In this document: positions 27,525 through 42,500 of the stretch, one piece after another
Layout of the letters: each line of letters opens with the position of its first letter
How positions within the stretch are numbered: position 1 is the stretch's first letter
Assembly: GCA_964035545.1 (NCBI GenBank)
Contig: OZ037766.1
Span: 1,736,001 to 1,800,000, forward strand
Source: Bugula neritina
Taxonomy: Eukaryota > Animalia > Bryozoa
Length of the DNA: 64,000 bases
Reading direction: 5' to 3'
Notes under the pieces: model-generated
What the model saw: only the letters and a program-made list of their open reading frames with translations
What the model was told of the DNA's origin: nothing
Database searches by the model: none
Translations under genes and position numbers: made by a program

Positions 27525-30500
27525 CTAATGCAGAGCCTGAAGCAAAGCTTGCACCTCCTCAGCAATGGCTGACAGCGTAAACTCAAACTGAACTTTTGTC
27601 TCTACGCTGCCCATACGCTGGTCTCTAATGTGTTCGAGTGAGGCAGCAATATCTATCTCTTTAACCCCTACAAAATGTAACGGCAGCGTATTATAACTGA
27701 GTAAATGATTATATAAGTGAATAAACATTATATATAACTGAGTATAATATTATTATATAACTGAGTAGAATATTATATAATAAATTATTATATATAACTG
27801 AGTAATGTATTAGATATGAGTAAAATATTATTTTTATATAATTGAGTAAATTCTTATTCATAACTTAGTAAAATATTGCATAAAACGGAATTAAAATAAA
27901 TAAACGTAGTAAAATCAAATAATTTAATATAAGGCTGTTGAATTAAGTTTAGCTAATAAATTATTCGAAGCAATAGTATGCATGAATCACCCAAAGATGT
28001 GGAAATATCTATTCCACACTAAAGTACTTTTACACATCATGAAATTATTATTGAAAAACAATTCTTAAAATGGCAGTTCTCATGAGTCAAATAACACTTA
28101 TCATTAAGTTGGAGGTTACCCAAATATAAGTGAATGTCAAAGGGATTATCAATTTAGATAAAGTTTTGAAATTGTAGATATTTCAACTAAATGAGAAAAA
28201 AATTGCAAATGGTTGAGAGATTGTGTAATAATCATCGATTTCCTGTGTTTTTTCCTGTATTGCTAGGGAATGTAGCCAATCAGAAATAAGTTTATATATA
28301 ATGCTTCTATTGTTTCCTCTATTGTTACACATCTATAATCTGAATACTGAGATTAGTTGATATCATAGTTAAATGAACAGTGAGATATTAATCTAATATA
28401 ATAGAACAGCCTCAGTGCAAAATGAAAATCAAAACAAGCAACCAATGAAATGCAAGAAGACTTGAGAGAGAGAGTAACTTTAAGAGAGAATAGAGTACAA
28501 ACCTTTGTGAATTCGATTGATAATATTGTCCAACAGAACGTAAGTGCCACTTCTGCCTGAGCCATCACTAAAACATTCATTAGAGCTCATTGCAGCAACA
28601 ACAAAACTATACTTTCATAAACTACTGCCAAAACTTGACAAAAAACTTAAATCATAAATGCTGAAGGAAATAGTTAAATCATTTGAAATCATGTATAATT
28701 AATTATTTAGGATTATGAAACATTAGTGATTTATTGAATCTATAATGTAGATTGATTAATGTTCCAGATAAAGTATGTCTTCCACTGCAAAGGATATATT
28801 TCAGTTCCTTTTTTGTTCATTGATTACAAAAAAACTGCCAATTTTGGCTCATAAATTATATTATTTCATAAAATATTATTGATGTTGCAATTAATATATA
28901 CATGTAGCTTCAGTACCTGCAGCACACCAGGGTGGGTGATGTCTTGCCTCGATAGGATTTATTAACCTTCCTGAAAAAGATATCCACACTAAAGCTATTT
29001 TCTACACTGAAACATGAGAACTGTTGCATTCAACCAATGAAAGTCAAAAAGGCTTTTCATTGGTTGAATGTGAAAGACATACAAATAAGCAATTAAATAG
29101 TGGCTCTTGCAGGTTGCAAAGACTACCCGCAATCCCGTGTCACTTGTCACATGCAAGATTTAAACTTACATAAATAAAATTAGCATATTATACATAAGAG
29201 CAGTACGTGTTGGTATATAAAGGTATTTATAGACTGCGTGTGGCTTGCCCAATGCTAACAGTAAATACAAGTCCCTAAATCGTTCTCTGCAGTTCACATG
29301 ACTTTATCTGCATTTTGGCCAATTTTTTGCGTCTTTCAAGTTTTTCTGCGGGCTAATAAATTGTATATACATTTGGTGCAAGTTTCACACAACTTTGTCT
29401 GCATTTCAAATGATTGCCGACATCTCGACATAGCAGACAACTCTGGTTAGATATTAATCAGTTAGTAGTAATGTTACGAGCTCAGATCGAGGCGTCCAGT
29501 GTCTCAGCCGTCATCTATCTACCTAGCGGAGGTTAAGAAAGCTGGAAACGGCCAACACCTGGTCACTTTTGTGACTATGCAATTGTATGAGAGGTAAAAT
29601 TGCCTAATACACAAAAGCGCCCATGTGTTAGAGTTAGCTGCCCGCCACCGGGGTAAAGGTAGTGAATGTTTGGTAACAATCAGTAAAAGAAGAGAGCAAG
29701 TCAGCGGTCTAAAGTTGAAGATCGGCAGCGATAGAGAATTAAAGTGGTGAGTACTAGCTGCTAGTGTAAAACAGGGATTAGATACCACCACCCATGGTAC
29801 TAGGTTAACTACAGAGGGTTACTGGGTAAGATGGCAAGAGGTTAGGGGGTAAGGGGTAAGAGGGGGGTAAGGAGGTAAGATGGCAAGAGGTTAGGGGTAA
29901 AAGGGTAAGAGGGGGTAAGAGGGGAGTGAGAAGGTTAGAGGGTAAAAGCAAGAAAATTGGGAAAATCAAAAAAATAAAATAAGTTTATTCACTCAACAAT
30001 ATAATGACATCTACTAGACAGTATTAACTGCAGCTAATAGTCCTAGCATAAGAATATTTCTTTAACTTTGGGCCAATAAAGTGCAACCAGCACCAGTAAA
30101 TTATAAGATAAGGATAGAGGATTGGAAGCACTGAATGAAGAAGGATGTTAGAGTGAGTGTGATTAAACTTTGGGAGTTGTAATATACTGACAGAAGAGTG
30201 ATGACAGAGAAGTGCACGGGGATTAGCTGGTACTAATTGTAAACAAACACTTTTTTCAATCTTATAACAAACATGGAATGCAATTAACGTTGGCACTCTT
30301 CCAAATCACAGTAATGGCTTCTGGGATTATAGCGATGCAATTGGGCAGCTGATTGACCAATCAAATAGCGGCAAAAAAATGCAGAAATCAACAAGAAAGT
30401 GCAGTTGTTTATAAAAACTCTTAAGAGAAAACAAAACTTTAGAAAATAATTACTACTGTTGGACATAAAAATGATGTCAGCTTAATCAAACACAGCACCG

Positions 30501-33500
30501 CAGTGAATACATCCTGCAGCAAATGTAAAGAATTAGAGCGAGCCAAGGGTAACATAATCGGTGTTACAACATGGTAAAAACTGCTAACTTTTTGATCAGC
30601 AGAATGTCATTTGTAGAACTTCGGTTGACAAGAAATACACACCCTAGCATCACCATTGGACTATCGGGTAGCCAATCATAAAGTTGTATATAGAATGACC
30701 ATTGTATAAGAGTTGCACAATATCAAAACACACTAATAAAACACAGAAGGAAAGCTAAAACACTCAATAGCTCAATATACATATACTATTATTTTTACTG
30801 TCACTGTAACGTATCACAAAACATAAATTCTATCACAATATACTGAGAAATAAATGCACGCTTCATGTATAAGTATTAGAAATACAAACTGTTAGAGCAG
30901 TAATCATTGTCAGTGGCTATTGTGTTGTTATTTCGTTTTGTGTTGTTTCTATTGTCTAAACTGCATATTGCAAGAAAGAGGCAACTCTATATACATTCAG
31001 GAAGTAGTCAATGAAGTATAGCGCAGGTAGTTTACAAGATAATTAATATAGACAACAATTTACCTGCTAAACACTTCCCCTTAGCAGACAGCTACTACAA
31101 CGCATTACTATATACTCACCTTCGGAAATCTAGAAAATCTTTACAATCTTCGGGCACGCTCGAGATCGGCCATGACAGGAAGTGGAACTGGGTGACAGTC
31201 CTCGTCTGATTAGTGGAGAGATTTTTAAGGTACATATTTCGCACGAGGTAGGTTTCACACCAGCTGTGTTCAGATACGAGCATCACCTAAAGTAGGAGAG
31301 TCAGTATGACTAAGAGTTGTCTTATACAACAGGGAATATGGAGTTATCCGCTCAAATATAATAAAGCATTGTCTCTATGCATGGCATGTGTTGGTGAGAA
31401 CTGTAATAAGGAGTTGTCTGATCAAATGTGATGAAACAAACAACTCCATATAATTAGGAGTTATCTACTAATAGCTGATAAACAAATTACCTCAAAATTC
31501 TTCCCATAGACCTCTCTGCCGTCACTGGGCCAGTACTGGTAGCACACAGTTTTGTTCTCTTCGGCCAATGAGGTGAGCATGACGATGCTAGTGCAGTCCT
31601 GCTCCCACACCATTTGCCAAAACTGTCCGACCGTGGACTGGAGAGGTCCTTGGGTGACAACATATGCAGGACTTCTACGGTCATGGTCGGCCTAGACATC
31701 AATGAATTAGACATCAATAACTGTAGTGAATTATCACCAACATCTAATGGGCTAATGTTTGCCATTGCGGGTCGGGGATTCTGATTGGTTGGTATATCAA
31801 GTTGATTGAATATCAGGTTTGACATGGACAAACATCTGATTATCAAATAAGATACAAACTGAAGTGACAAACGAAATCTTACTTACAACAAAACTAGCGT
31901 TGATATAGTCGTCGTTATTCTCATCTATGTGACCCAGTTTCACTCTGTTGTGGTCATCTGTAAAGGTAAAACAATTCCTTGTACTTAACATAAGTTAACG
32001 TTATTGTAAGTAAGGCATCTATTTTTAGAAGTGAAAAACATACAAGGCAGTATAGTAGGGTATCTATTTTTAGAAGAGAAAAACATACAAGGCAGTATAG
32101 TAGGGTATCTATTTTTAGAAGGGTGCAGCTTTCCCGACTCCACATCACATCTGTCCGGGACATAACTTTCCAGAGCTGTCCATTCCTCATCCAACTTCTT
32201 GGAATTCTTTAGATGAGATTCCATATAATTCTGCAACATCAAGTAGAAAATACAAAGAACATTATATAGCATATTGCATTGCATAGCATTGTAGAACGTA
32301 TTGTAGAGCATTATAGAGCTCATTGTATAGCATTGTAAAACGTATTGTATAACATTGTAGAGCGTATTGTAGAGCATTATAGAGCTCATAGTAGAACACT
32401 GAAAAGTACATTGTAGAATCTTATAAAGTCAAGGGTATAAATATAACACCGCCTGTACAACATTATGAAGTTCCATTACGTAGAACTGTTATATATGTTA
32501 GTAATTAGACTTGCAGGCTGTAGTTAAGTAAATATAGTAGAGATATATTACTAGCCAACACTACCCATGTGATGTGCAGGTGAATTCTTTCATGTAAACA
32601 ATTCTATTAGATTAGGTATTGCAGCTTAGAGGCAGCGTAATATGCTGACCTAGCTAAGGTTATGTCATGTAAAGGCAGCATGGAGTTCGGGTGTGTATTG
32701 TACCATGAAGTAGAATGCAGTGTGTGACTAATTATACATAATACAGCACATATATCATACACAATTCCACACAATTCCGTTATGAACTAAACCATGCACT
32801 GTACTGACAGATCGGTTTACAAGTTGTCTGCCCCAAACACTTTGAGTCCTGTAAAACCCTTCAGTTGCTATTCTGTTTGAATTGCAGCAGGGAAATAATT
32901 TCATGAACTAAACTTTCCAAAAATAAAAAATTTAGCAAAACAAACCCAAAATTTTATTTCCAATTCCAATAGCTAAGTTAAAGGTAACAATGACATCTAA
33001 ATAATAACAATGAGCTCCACGCACTCACCAAAATCGTGTGACCTGTAGAGATGTCCATGGCTAGGTTCACTGGTTCTTCGCTCCTACAAAAGAGCACATT
33101 AGACTGAGAACCAAAACTAGCGGAACTACGGTTAGACTCTGCATACACCCAGTAGTCCTCCTCCACAGGTTTAGACACACAGCAACAAGAACACAGGCTA
33201 CTAAAAGCTGCAGTGAATTCATTACTGAGTAGAGTCTTAGCCGGCATGTTGGCATTTAGAAGACTGCAATGGCCTGTGCAGACGTAGCAATTGTCTGCTG
33301 TTAGTACGTCTGTAGAACAGCTGTTAGTAAGTGCGTTGAGTGGATTTCACATGACCTTTAGCAGCACGCTCCATCTAACCCCACCCTTACTCTACCAATT
33401 ACTAGTTACTTGAGACATAAATGATAATTGCAAAACACACAATAGAAAATGAAAATATACACTTTTAATAATAAATTATTTACTCATTTAGTAAAAAACT

Positions 33501-36500
33501 TTTCTTGTAAAAACTTAAAGGAGTTGTCTTTTGTACAATTAGCCTTGGAATCTCGAGAGAAAGCCAGGCAAGCTAATAGTATTTAATTAGCATAAATTGC
33601 ATCCATTATATATAAACAGAAGGCTGCTTAATTTAGAGTATGTAACATCATTCAGCAAACGGTTCTTTGTGTTCTCAAACCAATTTAGTGAGAGCATGCC
33701 TTCTGCGTAATTATTCATTCATTAATACCACTAGGCTAGGGCTGCAACAATCCAAAACAGATGCTAATTGCAAACTACTTCATGCAAAGTTTAAACAAAA
33801 CTTCCAGAGACTTAAACAAGTAGAGTAGATACAGAATTGAGGTTCCCATTTTAACCAAAAGCTGTGTATCAGTTTGGAAACAGGAAGCAACATTCATTAG
33901 GCGTACCGGTGCACCCCTAATGAAGCAAGGCATCACTCATTGTATATCCATAAACAGTCGTGACATTTAAGAAGAGCTGATGCTCGGCCAGATGGCATTT
34001 CCATAGAGCTGTATGAATGAGCAGATACTAGAATAAATCAATGAGCTCTCCAAACAGCCTGTGCTTCTGAACAGTTGCTGCTTGCATTGACCTCTAAATC
34101 AACTCTGTGACATTTAGTATGCTGAGATTCCAAGAATTTAGAATTAGCAACATTGGATATATAGAAAGATTGTTTACCATTATAAAATACAGAGTTACTC
34201 AACTGATGGGTGTTTTTGACCAGTAATAAGTTTCAGTTACCAAATGCTGTATTCAACTTCACTACGAACTGCTGTGGGACTGCAGACTGCAGCTGCGTGG
34301 CTGAATAGCATCAACTCTATCATATAATTGCTCAGTTGGAGTGGCTCATACTTGATAAACATAAAGGAATTCCTCAGGGAGAAACTATACACTAAGTGTA
34401 GAGGAAATTAGCTGAGAAAATATCTATCAACTGCTAGTAGTAGGAGCAAATCCCGGTCCCACAGTTAGACCTCAGGAAATGCAGTCATTCGAGTGCCGGG
34501 ATTGATTAATAAAATCGTAGCATAATTCAAGACAAATACTGATTCAAATCACATTTAAATAAAATCAATTTATGAGCTCCACAAAGGAGACACACAGTTG
34601 AGGTGTGAAAATAACGCTTAGCCTCAGAGTTCTCACCATGATGAGGTACTGCTGCGGGGGCTCCTCAGTCTTTCAGCATGCGCCCCGCTCATGTCACTCT
34701 TACTCTTCAGGGGACTCACTCTATCTAGTTCGGAGTCGGATGGAGCGCTGCCGTCATTAGTCGTCTGCATTCGCTGCCTGCACAGGTCCTGCAGAGAGAA
34801 AAACTTGTTACATCACAGAAACTAGTAGAAGGAAAAGAGATGAGTGTAAACTGTCATATGCAGGTAAAATTAAGTAGGATGTGCAGGTAAAATACCTCAT
34901 AGCTGTCCTGTGTTGATTCGCCCTTGATTGTTGTGGACAGCGAATCAAATTTATCGAGAGAATGGTGCCACTTCCTGTACATACACCTCCATGTTATCAA
35001 CATGATAACCACCACACACAGTATAACCGTTACCGTGACGACCACAGCAATGGTGGTGGAGTCTGAAGGCGACATAACCTTCCCAACTGGTGAAATCTGC
35101 AGCTCATTCTACAGAACAAGTGAAATATGCAGCACAATGTTACAAAGTAATACACCAGCTAACAGCCTATCTATTTCAGTGAGAAAGAACAAAATAAATT
35201 ATTACTGCAGTTTGACTGAACAAAGAGAGAAAGCCACAGTTGTGAGTAATCAATCTGCATGTAACTAGAGCCAGACTCAAGTAATCAGCTGCTCTTGTAA
35301 CAACAGCATCTATATATGAACATAATTACAATAAAAGATACAAAAATCAATGGTAAGCTAAACGTTGGTTTAGAGACTCATGAATATAGAAGGCATCATG
35401 TGACATGCTGCCTTGTCTCAGTGGCAGGTGGCAGCGAAGTCAGCGATTATTGATGGCAACATGCAGGAAGATTTGTTCAAGTAGAGAAACAAAATAGTAT
35501 TTGCAGAAGGATAATTAGAGAAATTGAGAGAGTCCAGAGTTGAAACTTAATTATACAAACAGAGCGGGGAAGAGCTTAACTCAATCAACTCATTTCACTC
35601 GTAATCAATATTCTTGCAAACTCGCAACTCACATAATTTTAGAGCTTCAAGAACATACGTACCTTGCTATGGCCAATACCGGTAGACAACACACGCACTC
35701 CATATTTGTCTTTTATTTTATCTGCTAAATCTTCTGCAATACAAATATAAAATATTATTCTAGAAATTAGAAATAGGATTTCTTTTAAAACGAGCTAAAC
35801 CTACCAGAACTGTTTATAAATGAGACGATTAGAAAGCGATGTATTATAATATACTGTGTACATGCTATAGCCTAGTATCAAGTACTATGGTGTACATGCT
35901 ATAGCCTAGTATCAAGTGCTATGGTGTACATGCTATAGCCTAGTATCAAGTGCTATGGTGTACATGCTATAGCCTAGTATCAAGTACATGGTGTACATGC
36001 TATAGCCTAGTACTAAATACTATGGTGTACATGCTATAGTCTTTAGTATTCAGTACTCAGTACTATGTGCTATAGCACAGTAGTGAAATTCACAATTAAC
36101 CAAGAGGGTACAATTATAGAAAGATAAGTTCTGTTTAATTAGTAGGTTCATCAATACAACTGTAGAAAATGTTACCAAAGAGACTATTAGTTATACTTTT
36201 ACAAACCCAATGTTCATTTGTTGAACAGTTAAGAATAAATTATTTTATATTTAGTAAGAAAGGTAAAGGGAGAAAACTATTAAAATTTCAAACTATTTCA
36301 AATTAATTTATAGCCACTCAACCAATATTTATCAGCCATGTATAATTTATTATATGACATTTAACAAGGTCACTGTAATTATTTTACATTATATTTTAGA
36401 TATTATATATGTTGTATGTTCTATTGCATATTACTAGATTATTAAATTTTAATTTACATTATACCAAGGTACGTATATTACTTATTAAATGATTTCCTAA

Positions 36501-39500
36501 CATATACAATACATATAACATCATAATTATTACTAGCAGTGTTAACTTGACTAAATAATGTAATTAAAATATAAATATTATACTAATATAATATAATATC
36601 AACTCTAATAAGTAAAAACCATGATTTATATTACTTTGCAAAAAATTATTCAGTGGTAATAGATCTCTACGAAGCTTATAAAACACAGCATATTTTAAAC
36701 AAAGGTTAGAGGATATTGGCTACAGTCTATACTAGAGACGTCCTGTAGTAGTAGACTGAAACCCTAACCAGCTGGTGTGGAACATTAAGCTAAACTGGGA
36801 ATTTTGGTTACCATTTACATTTATTTAAAAGTATTTCACGTAGCATTGCTTGAAAAAAATAAAAGCCAAATACATTCAGTACATAGTTACCCAATATTTT
36901 TATTCTTGCTACAAAAAACTGTAGTTGAATAGTTTTGGTAGAAAACTTGACACAATTTTAACTCAAAGATTAAATTATATCAAGTACATGTGAATATGAC
37001 ATCACGATTATTAGCTATACGCTTAGCAGCTTCTAACAACCAACTCAAACCAAATTCAACAACTTCATCAGCTTAAAAGAATACAGCTAGTAGTATATCT
37101 AAGACTTACTTGCTACAACTATACTGACTAAGAGCACCTGCTATGACTTACTTCCAGTATACTGACTAGAAGCACCTGCTGTAAGATGCCAGACTGTTTG
37201 CAGAGTGAGAGAATATAGAGAATGATTGAGTTTAAATACCAGCCCAGCTCTCCGCACAGCTGTACGCACACTATGCTGATTACGACTCTATAAAAATAGA
37301 CTGCGAGCATCTGCCTCAATAGCTATGTTAATTATCAAGTTAGAATAGCTATAATAGATGCTGATCAATACTGTACTTATCTACAGCAAGCACTCTAAAG
37401 TAATTTACTAGTTGCGGCTTGTTAACTTGATGAGATGATTGTTTGATTTATTTAGTTGGACAAGGAGAGTTTTTCAGCTCTACAACTGAGGAAATATCGA
37501 TATGCTGGCCTAGTTTCTAATAGCAGAGTATCCCAGTTATATTGCTGCATCAGCCAAGGGTTTCTAATTCAATCACTAATTAAATTTCAACCGGCTACTC
37601 TTGAATTAAACAACAGGACTTCATTTTGAAAGGGGAATAAAAAGGCATTATTATGTAAATACAGATGCGATGTCACAGAAATGTGTGGTGATGTCACAGA
37701 AATGTGTGGTGATGTCATAGGAATGTGTGGTGATGTCAGAGAAATATGTGGTGATCTCAGAGAAAAGTGTGGTGATCTTAGAGAAATATGAGGTGATGTC
37801 AAAAAATGTGTGATGATGCCAGAGAAATGTGTGATGATGCCAGAGAAATGCGATGCTTATGAAAGATGCATCCAAGATTTTGTGCAAAACATATTGTTTT
37901 TATGCCAGTTTATTGTATGCTGTGCATATATATGAAAAAGACTGTATATGTATGAGAAAGGCTGGGTATATATGAGAAAGACTGGGTATATATGAGAAAG
38001 ACTGGGTATATATGAGAAACACTGTGCATATATGAGAAAGACTGGGTATATATGAGAAAGACTGGGTATATATGAGAAAGACTAGGTGTGGATATCTTGT
38101 AGACTAGATAGTGAAATCATCTAGCATCTAGTTGTAGGAATGTTTGACTAAATTATAAGAAAAGCTGCTGATTGATTGAACAACACGCTGCAACCAAATG
38201 CCAGGTGGATCAACTGTTATCACTCTGACCATTATGTTGCATCTAGACTAAGTTCTTTGTGTGGACTCTCTGTTTATAATGAATATTTCCATTTGTTATA
38301 ATTGAGAGAAGAGTTTAACAAAGAACTGAGTAGTGAGATACCATTTGTTGCTAATGAGTCGAACATAATTTCTCCAAATCAGTTATTAGTAAAAAGTTTT
38401 TTGTTCAGCTCACAACAAAATCACACATTTAAAAATACTCAGCATAAACAGCAAAACTACTTTCAAATTAAAAGTAAATTTCTTTTATAACCATTTGTTC
38501 AGTTTTGGTGGATATTTCAGCCTTAATATTGAATGAAAGGTCAGTTTACTGCTGTTTAACAGCCAATGGGCTAGGATGTGTAGTATACACTCAGTCATGT
38601 AGGTTACTAGCAGATCTACAGGGTGCAAGGAAGGAGAGGGAGATGAGATAGCGAAGCATATGCTAATTAGTGTTATAATGCAAGCACATGTTAACTTATT
38701 CCTCTTACATTGCAAGATGTACTGTGTGTAGATATAAGCTCAATATGCTTGCATTTGATAAGATAATAGTGAAAGTTTAATTACTCTTTTGTTTTAGGAG
38801 AGAAAAATATAACACACATGTGTTAGGTCCAGTCTTAGTTATCTCTAAGCTTAAGCATATCTACTAATTATATTCGATAGACACATGCTGTTACATACAC
38901 TGATACTCTAGTTCATGTACAGATATCGGAGATCAGAGTCTGTCTGTCTGTTCGTCTCTAAACTCTCTCTTTTATATAATACATGAATTTATATATTATT
39001 GGGAAAAATAATATGTTCTCAGGTTCAAAAGGTAGAAAATTGTTCTGGCTCAAAATTATAATCTAAGAATGGAACAAAACATTAGTAAGTAGCGCGATGT
39101 TGTCTTGGTGGGGTACCAAGTATACAGTCTTCATTCAGCAAGTTAAAGCAACTGTTACAATTTTTTGCATATATTTTCAAAAATTGATACATTGAAAGTA
39201 AAATGAGCTCCATCTCTTGCTGTGATTAAATGATAATCCAATAGATTTCTACCACCACAATATTGTATGACAGAAAGAAATAAGTACATTTTAGTAGATG
39301 ATCATTTTTAAAAGCAAGTTTTTTTCTTCAAACTATTTCAGAATAAATTCTACCATCACAGATTGGCTATTAAAGAGGTTGAGAAAATTCTAAAATAAAA
39401 GATAATCTATAACTAACGTCATCATTATATAACTCTTACATAAACCTAATAATATATATTAACCAATTAGGATATATAATTTTTATCGCTCTTAGAAACC

Positions 39501-42500
39501 TATTTTCAGCTGAACTGAGTCCTGGTTAAAAACACAGAATATTGAAAATCATGGAGTAATTTAAATGAACTCAGGTGAATTTAAACTAACAGGTAATCTC
39601 CCGGGACTTAAAAAGGTGATATGAAATATTTAGTATATAGTTAAATACAAAAGCAGACAACAGTTTTATTATCCACATTTAAAGACCTGTCTAACCGAAC
39701 AGAGTTGACCAGTAGGAGCTTTGGTGTTACATTGATACAGATTTGGTATTGCATTGATACAGATTTGGTATTACATTGGTACAGTTTTGGTATTGCATTG
39801 GTACAGATTTGGTGTTACATTGGTACAGATTTGGTATTACATTGGTACAGATTTGGTATTACATTGGTACAGATTTGGTATTACATTGGTACAGATTTGG
39901 TATTACATTGGTACATATTTGATATTACATTGGTACAGATTTGGTATTACATTGGTACAGATGTGGTATTACATTGGTACATTGTCAGCAGGAGACACAA
40001 AACAAACCCACCCCTACTTCTGATCAGAAACCATCAATCAATGTGAATATTTTCAATAGCTATAACTTTCATAAGATGAGTGTTTAAAGAATTTATTGGG
40101 AGTTGTCCCTTTTTCAGAACATACAGTTCCAGAAAAATAAGATTACTAAATTATACTATTATGTTGAAAAATTGTTCTATTATATTCAACTTGCGAATTT
40201 TTTAGCAGCAGAATGAATTTTTCTTACAAAGCTTTCTCCGTATCAATTATTTTTATATTTTTCTAAATATATTTGATAAACCAAGATTTATTCTTAGAAA
40301 CTTATTTTGAAAATCTCCTCCATTTACAATAGCATGTACCTTAATGATAGAAACTACAATACGTTTTTGAGACTAGAAGTTGATGAAATTGTATACCCAG
40401 TGAGTCTATTGCATAATATTGTTTTAATAAACAATAATTTAATTAGGAAATTATCAAGTATAACTTTAACTACTCAGTTATCATAATGAATAATTATAGA
40501 ATTGTTGGTCAATAGAAATTTGCTACAAATTTATTTATTAGTATATTATTTATTATATTATTATATATTATTATTTTTTATATTATTATATTTATTTATT
40601 AGTAAATTAAAATGAATTGTGTCAAGAACACTTACCATGACTTTATATAAAACAGATATACTTTATGTACTTTTAGTATAACACTAAATACTTACAGTAC
40701 TTACATGATGTACGTACTCTTACAGTGACTTACCTTGAATAGAAGTTGCCAGTTGAGTAGAGTTATATGTGGAACCAGAACTGACTTGAAATGTAATGTG
40801 TTTATCTTCCACCCTGTAGATACATGCACAAGTAAATCAGAAACTAGAGTAAGGTAAGTATGTAAGTAGGTGATAAAGTAAGTATATAAGTAGGCGAACA
40901 AGTGAACAAGTAGGTAAAAAAAGTAAGTATACATGTGCAATTATAGGTAATAGTCAAACCAGTAATTAATTCAATCAGTGAGAAACGCTGGTTTGTCTCA
41001 ACTTGAATTTAAAATGACCTTCATTTAAAAGGTCAAAGGGATTATATTGAAAAAACCCAAGTAAATTGTGTTTCTAGTCAAACTGATAGTCTTATGCACT
41101 GAGCTGGAATATACCTGGAGAGGCCAAGGACGTTTTAGCGTGGCCAAATAGTTTAGCTCCGCCTTAACATGGAAAACTTAACCACGCCTACTTGTTTTGC
41201 ACACAGCAGTAGTAGTAAAATCCATTATAAATGCAAGCTATTAGAGCTAATAAATTAAGGAAAACACTAAAAAATAATGAAAATTCAGCACTGTGAAGCA
41301 GGAATCAATCATTTTGTTTATTTTACTTTTGGTATTTGTAATTTCATGACTAATTATCATTTTATGAAACATGTACCTCAAGTATATATGATGATAACTT
41401 TAATAACCTAACAAATGCATTACATATTTATTGATTAGATCAACACATTAGTCAAAATGAAATGAAAAGCAACAGCAAAGCAAATTTCAGCCTTAGTACA
41501 TGAAAACTGACAGTAAAGATAACAAGTATAAAAGTTTATAAATAATATAAAAAACAGATGGTAAAACACAGCTTTACAAAACAGGCAAGTAACAGATTTC
41601 CTTAAACCTTTCAAAGTTTTAAATTCTGTTTTGAAAGCAATAAGAGATTAAAATAAAATTACAGAATAAACAAAAATTAATATTATATTGCAATAACAAT
41701 ATTTGTGATTATCTAATGTTATAATATAAATACAATAAATATGATTAATTAACCACATCCTTATTACTGGCCTCTAAACAGTACATTTTTGTTGCTACAT
41801 TGCCTGAAATTTAGTTTGTGCATAGCAATATTTGTTAGTTTAGCAATGTGGTGCTGGAATAAGTCATAATAAACTTCAATAAGCAAATTTAAAAGGGAGA
41901 AATGATGATTTTCAATGCCTAATGATGTTTCCATGGAATGTTGAGCAATTCCAAATATGTCATATTTACCAATTTCTTGCTTCACATCTATTTGTAGCTG
42001 AAGTAATTTCACGAACTTTTGGCCTTTTAGGTGTTTGTGAGTGCATAAACAAGTGGTAATAACTCCATCTGAAGGTATAGTAAGCCCACCATTGTTTTTA
42101 ACATGCAATAGTTTTTTGAGCTTACCATACTTGAGACTGCAGCACTCCTTGTTCACTAGAGCTTGCCTGCACTCTAGACATGTTACTTTTCTTAGTGCCT
42201 TTCGGACAACCCACCCAGAGATGTAGACAACAACATTACCCAAAACAGGGCCAGCTAAAACCCTTACTTTTTCAGCAGGTTTTAACTCATCATGAATGAA
42301 GATATCCGCATTATCTTCCTGAGAAAATGGTGGAATATAGCTAGTTGAAGTGAGAATAGCAGTTGTGTTATCTAATGGCTTAGAATTTCCTGAGTTGCCT
42401 GGATGTACACCACATCGGGTCACCAATTTTCTAAAGATAGACTGAAAGCCAGTTACAGATGGGTTATTATTCCATCCACCTAAAACAGATATTAGGTTGA

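Noticed and set aside
29113-30300. Possible Helitron or LINE remnants (CACGGG..CTAG-like ends here and at ~47790 and ~52230; degenerate ORF 30024-30296)
   Set aside because: Too short and degenerate to define boundaries or family without a repeat library.
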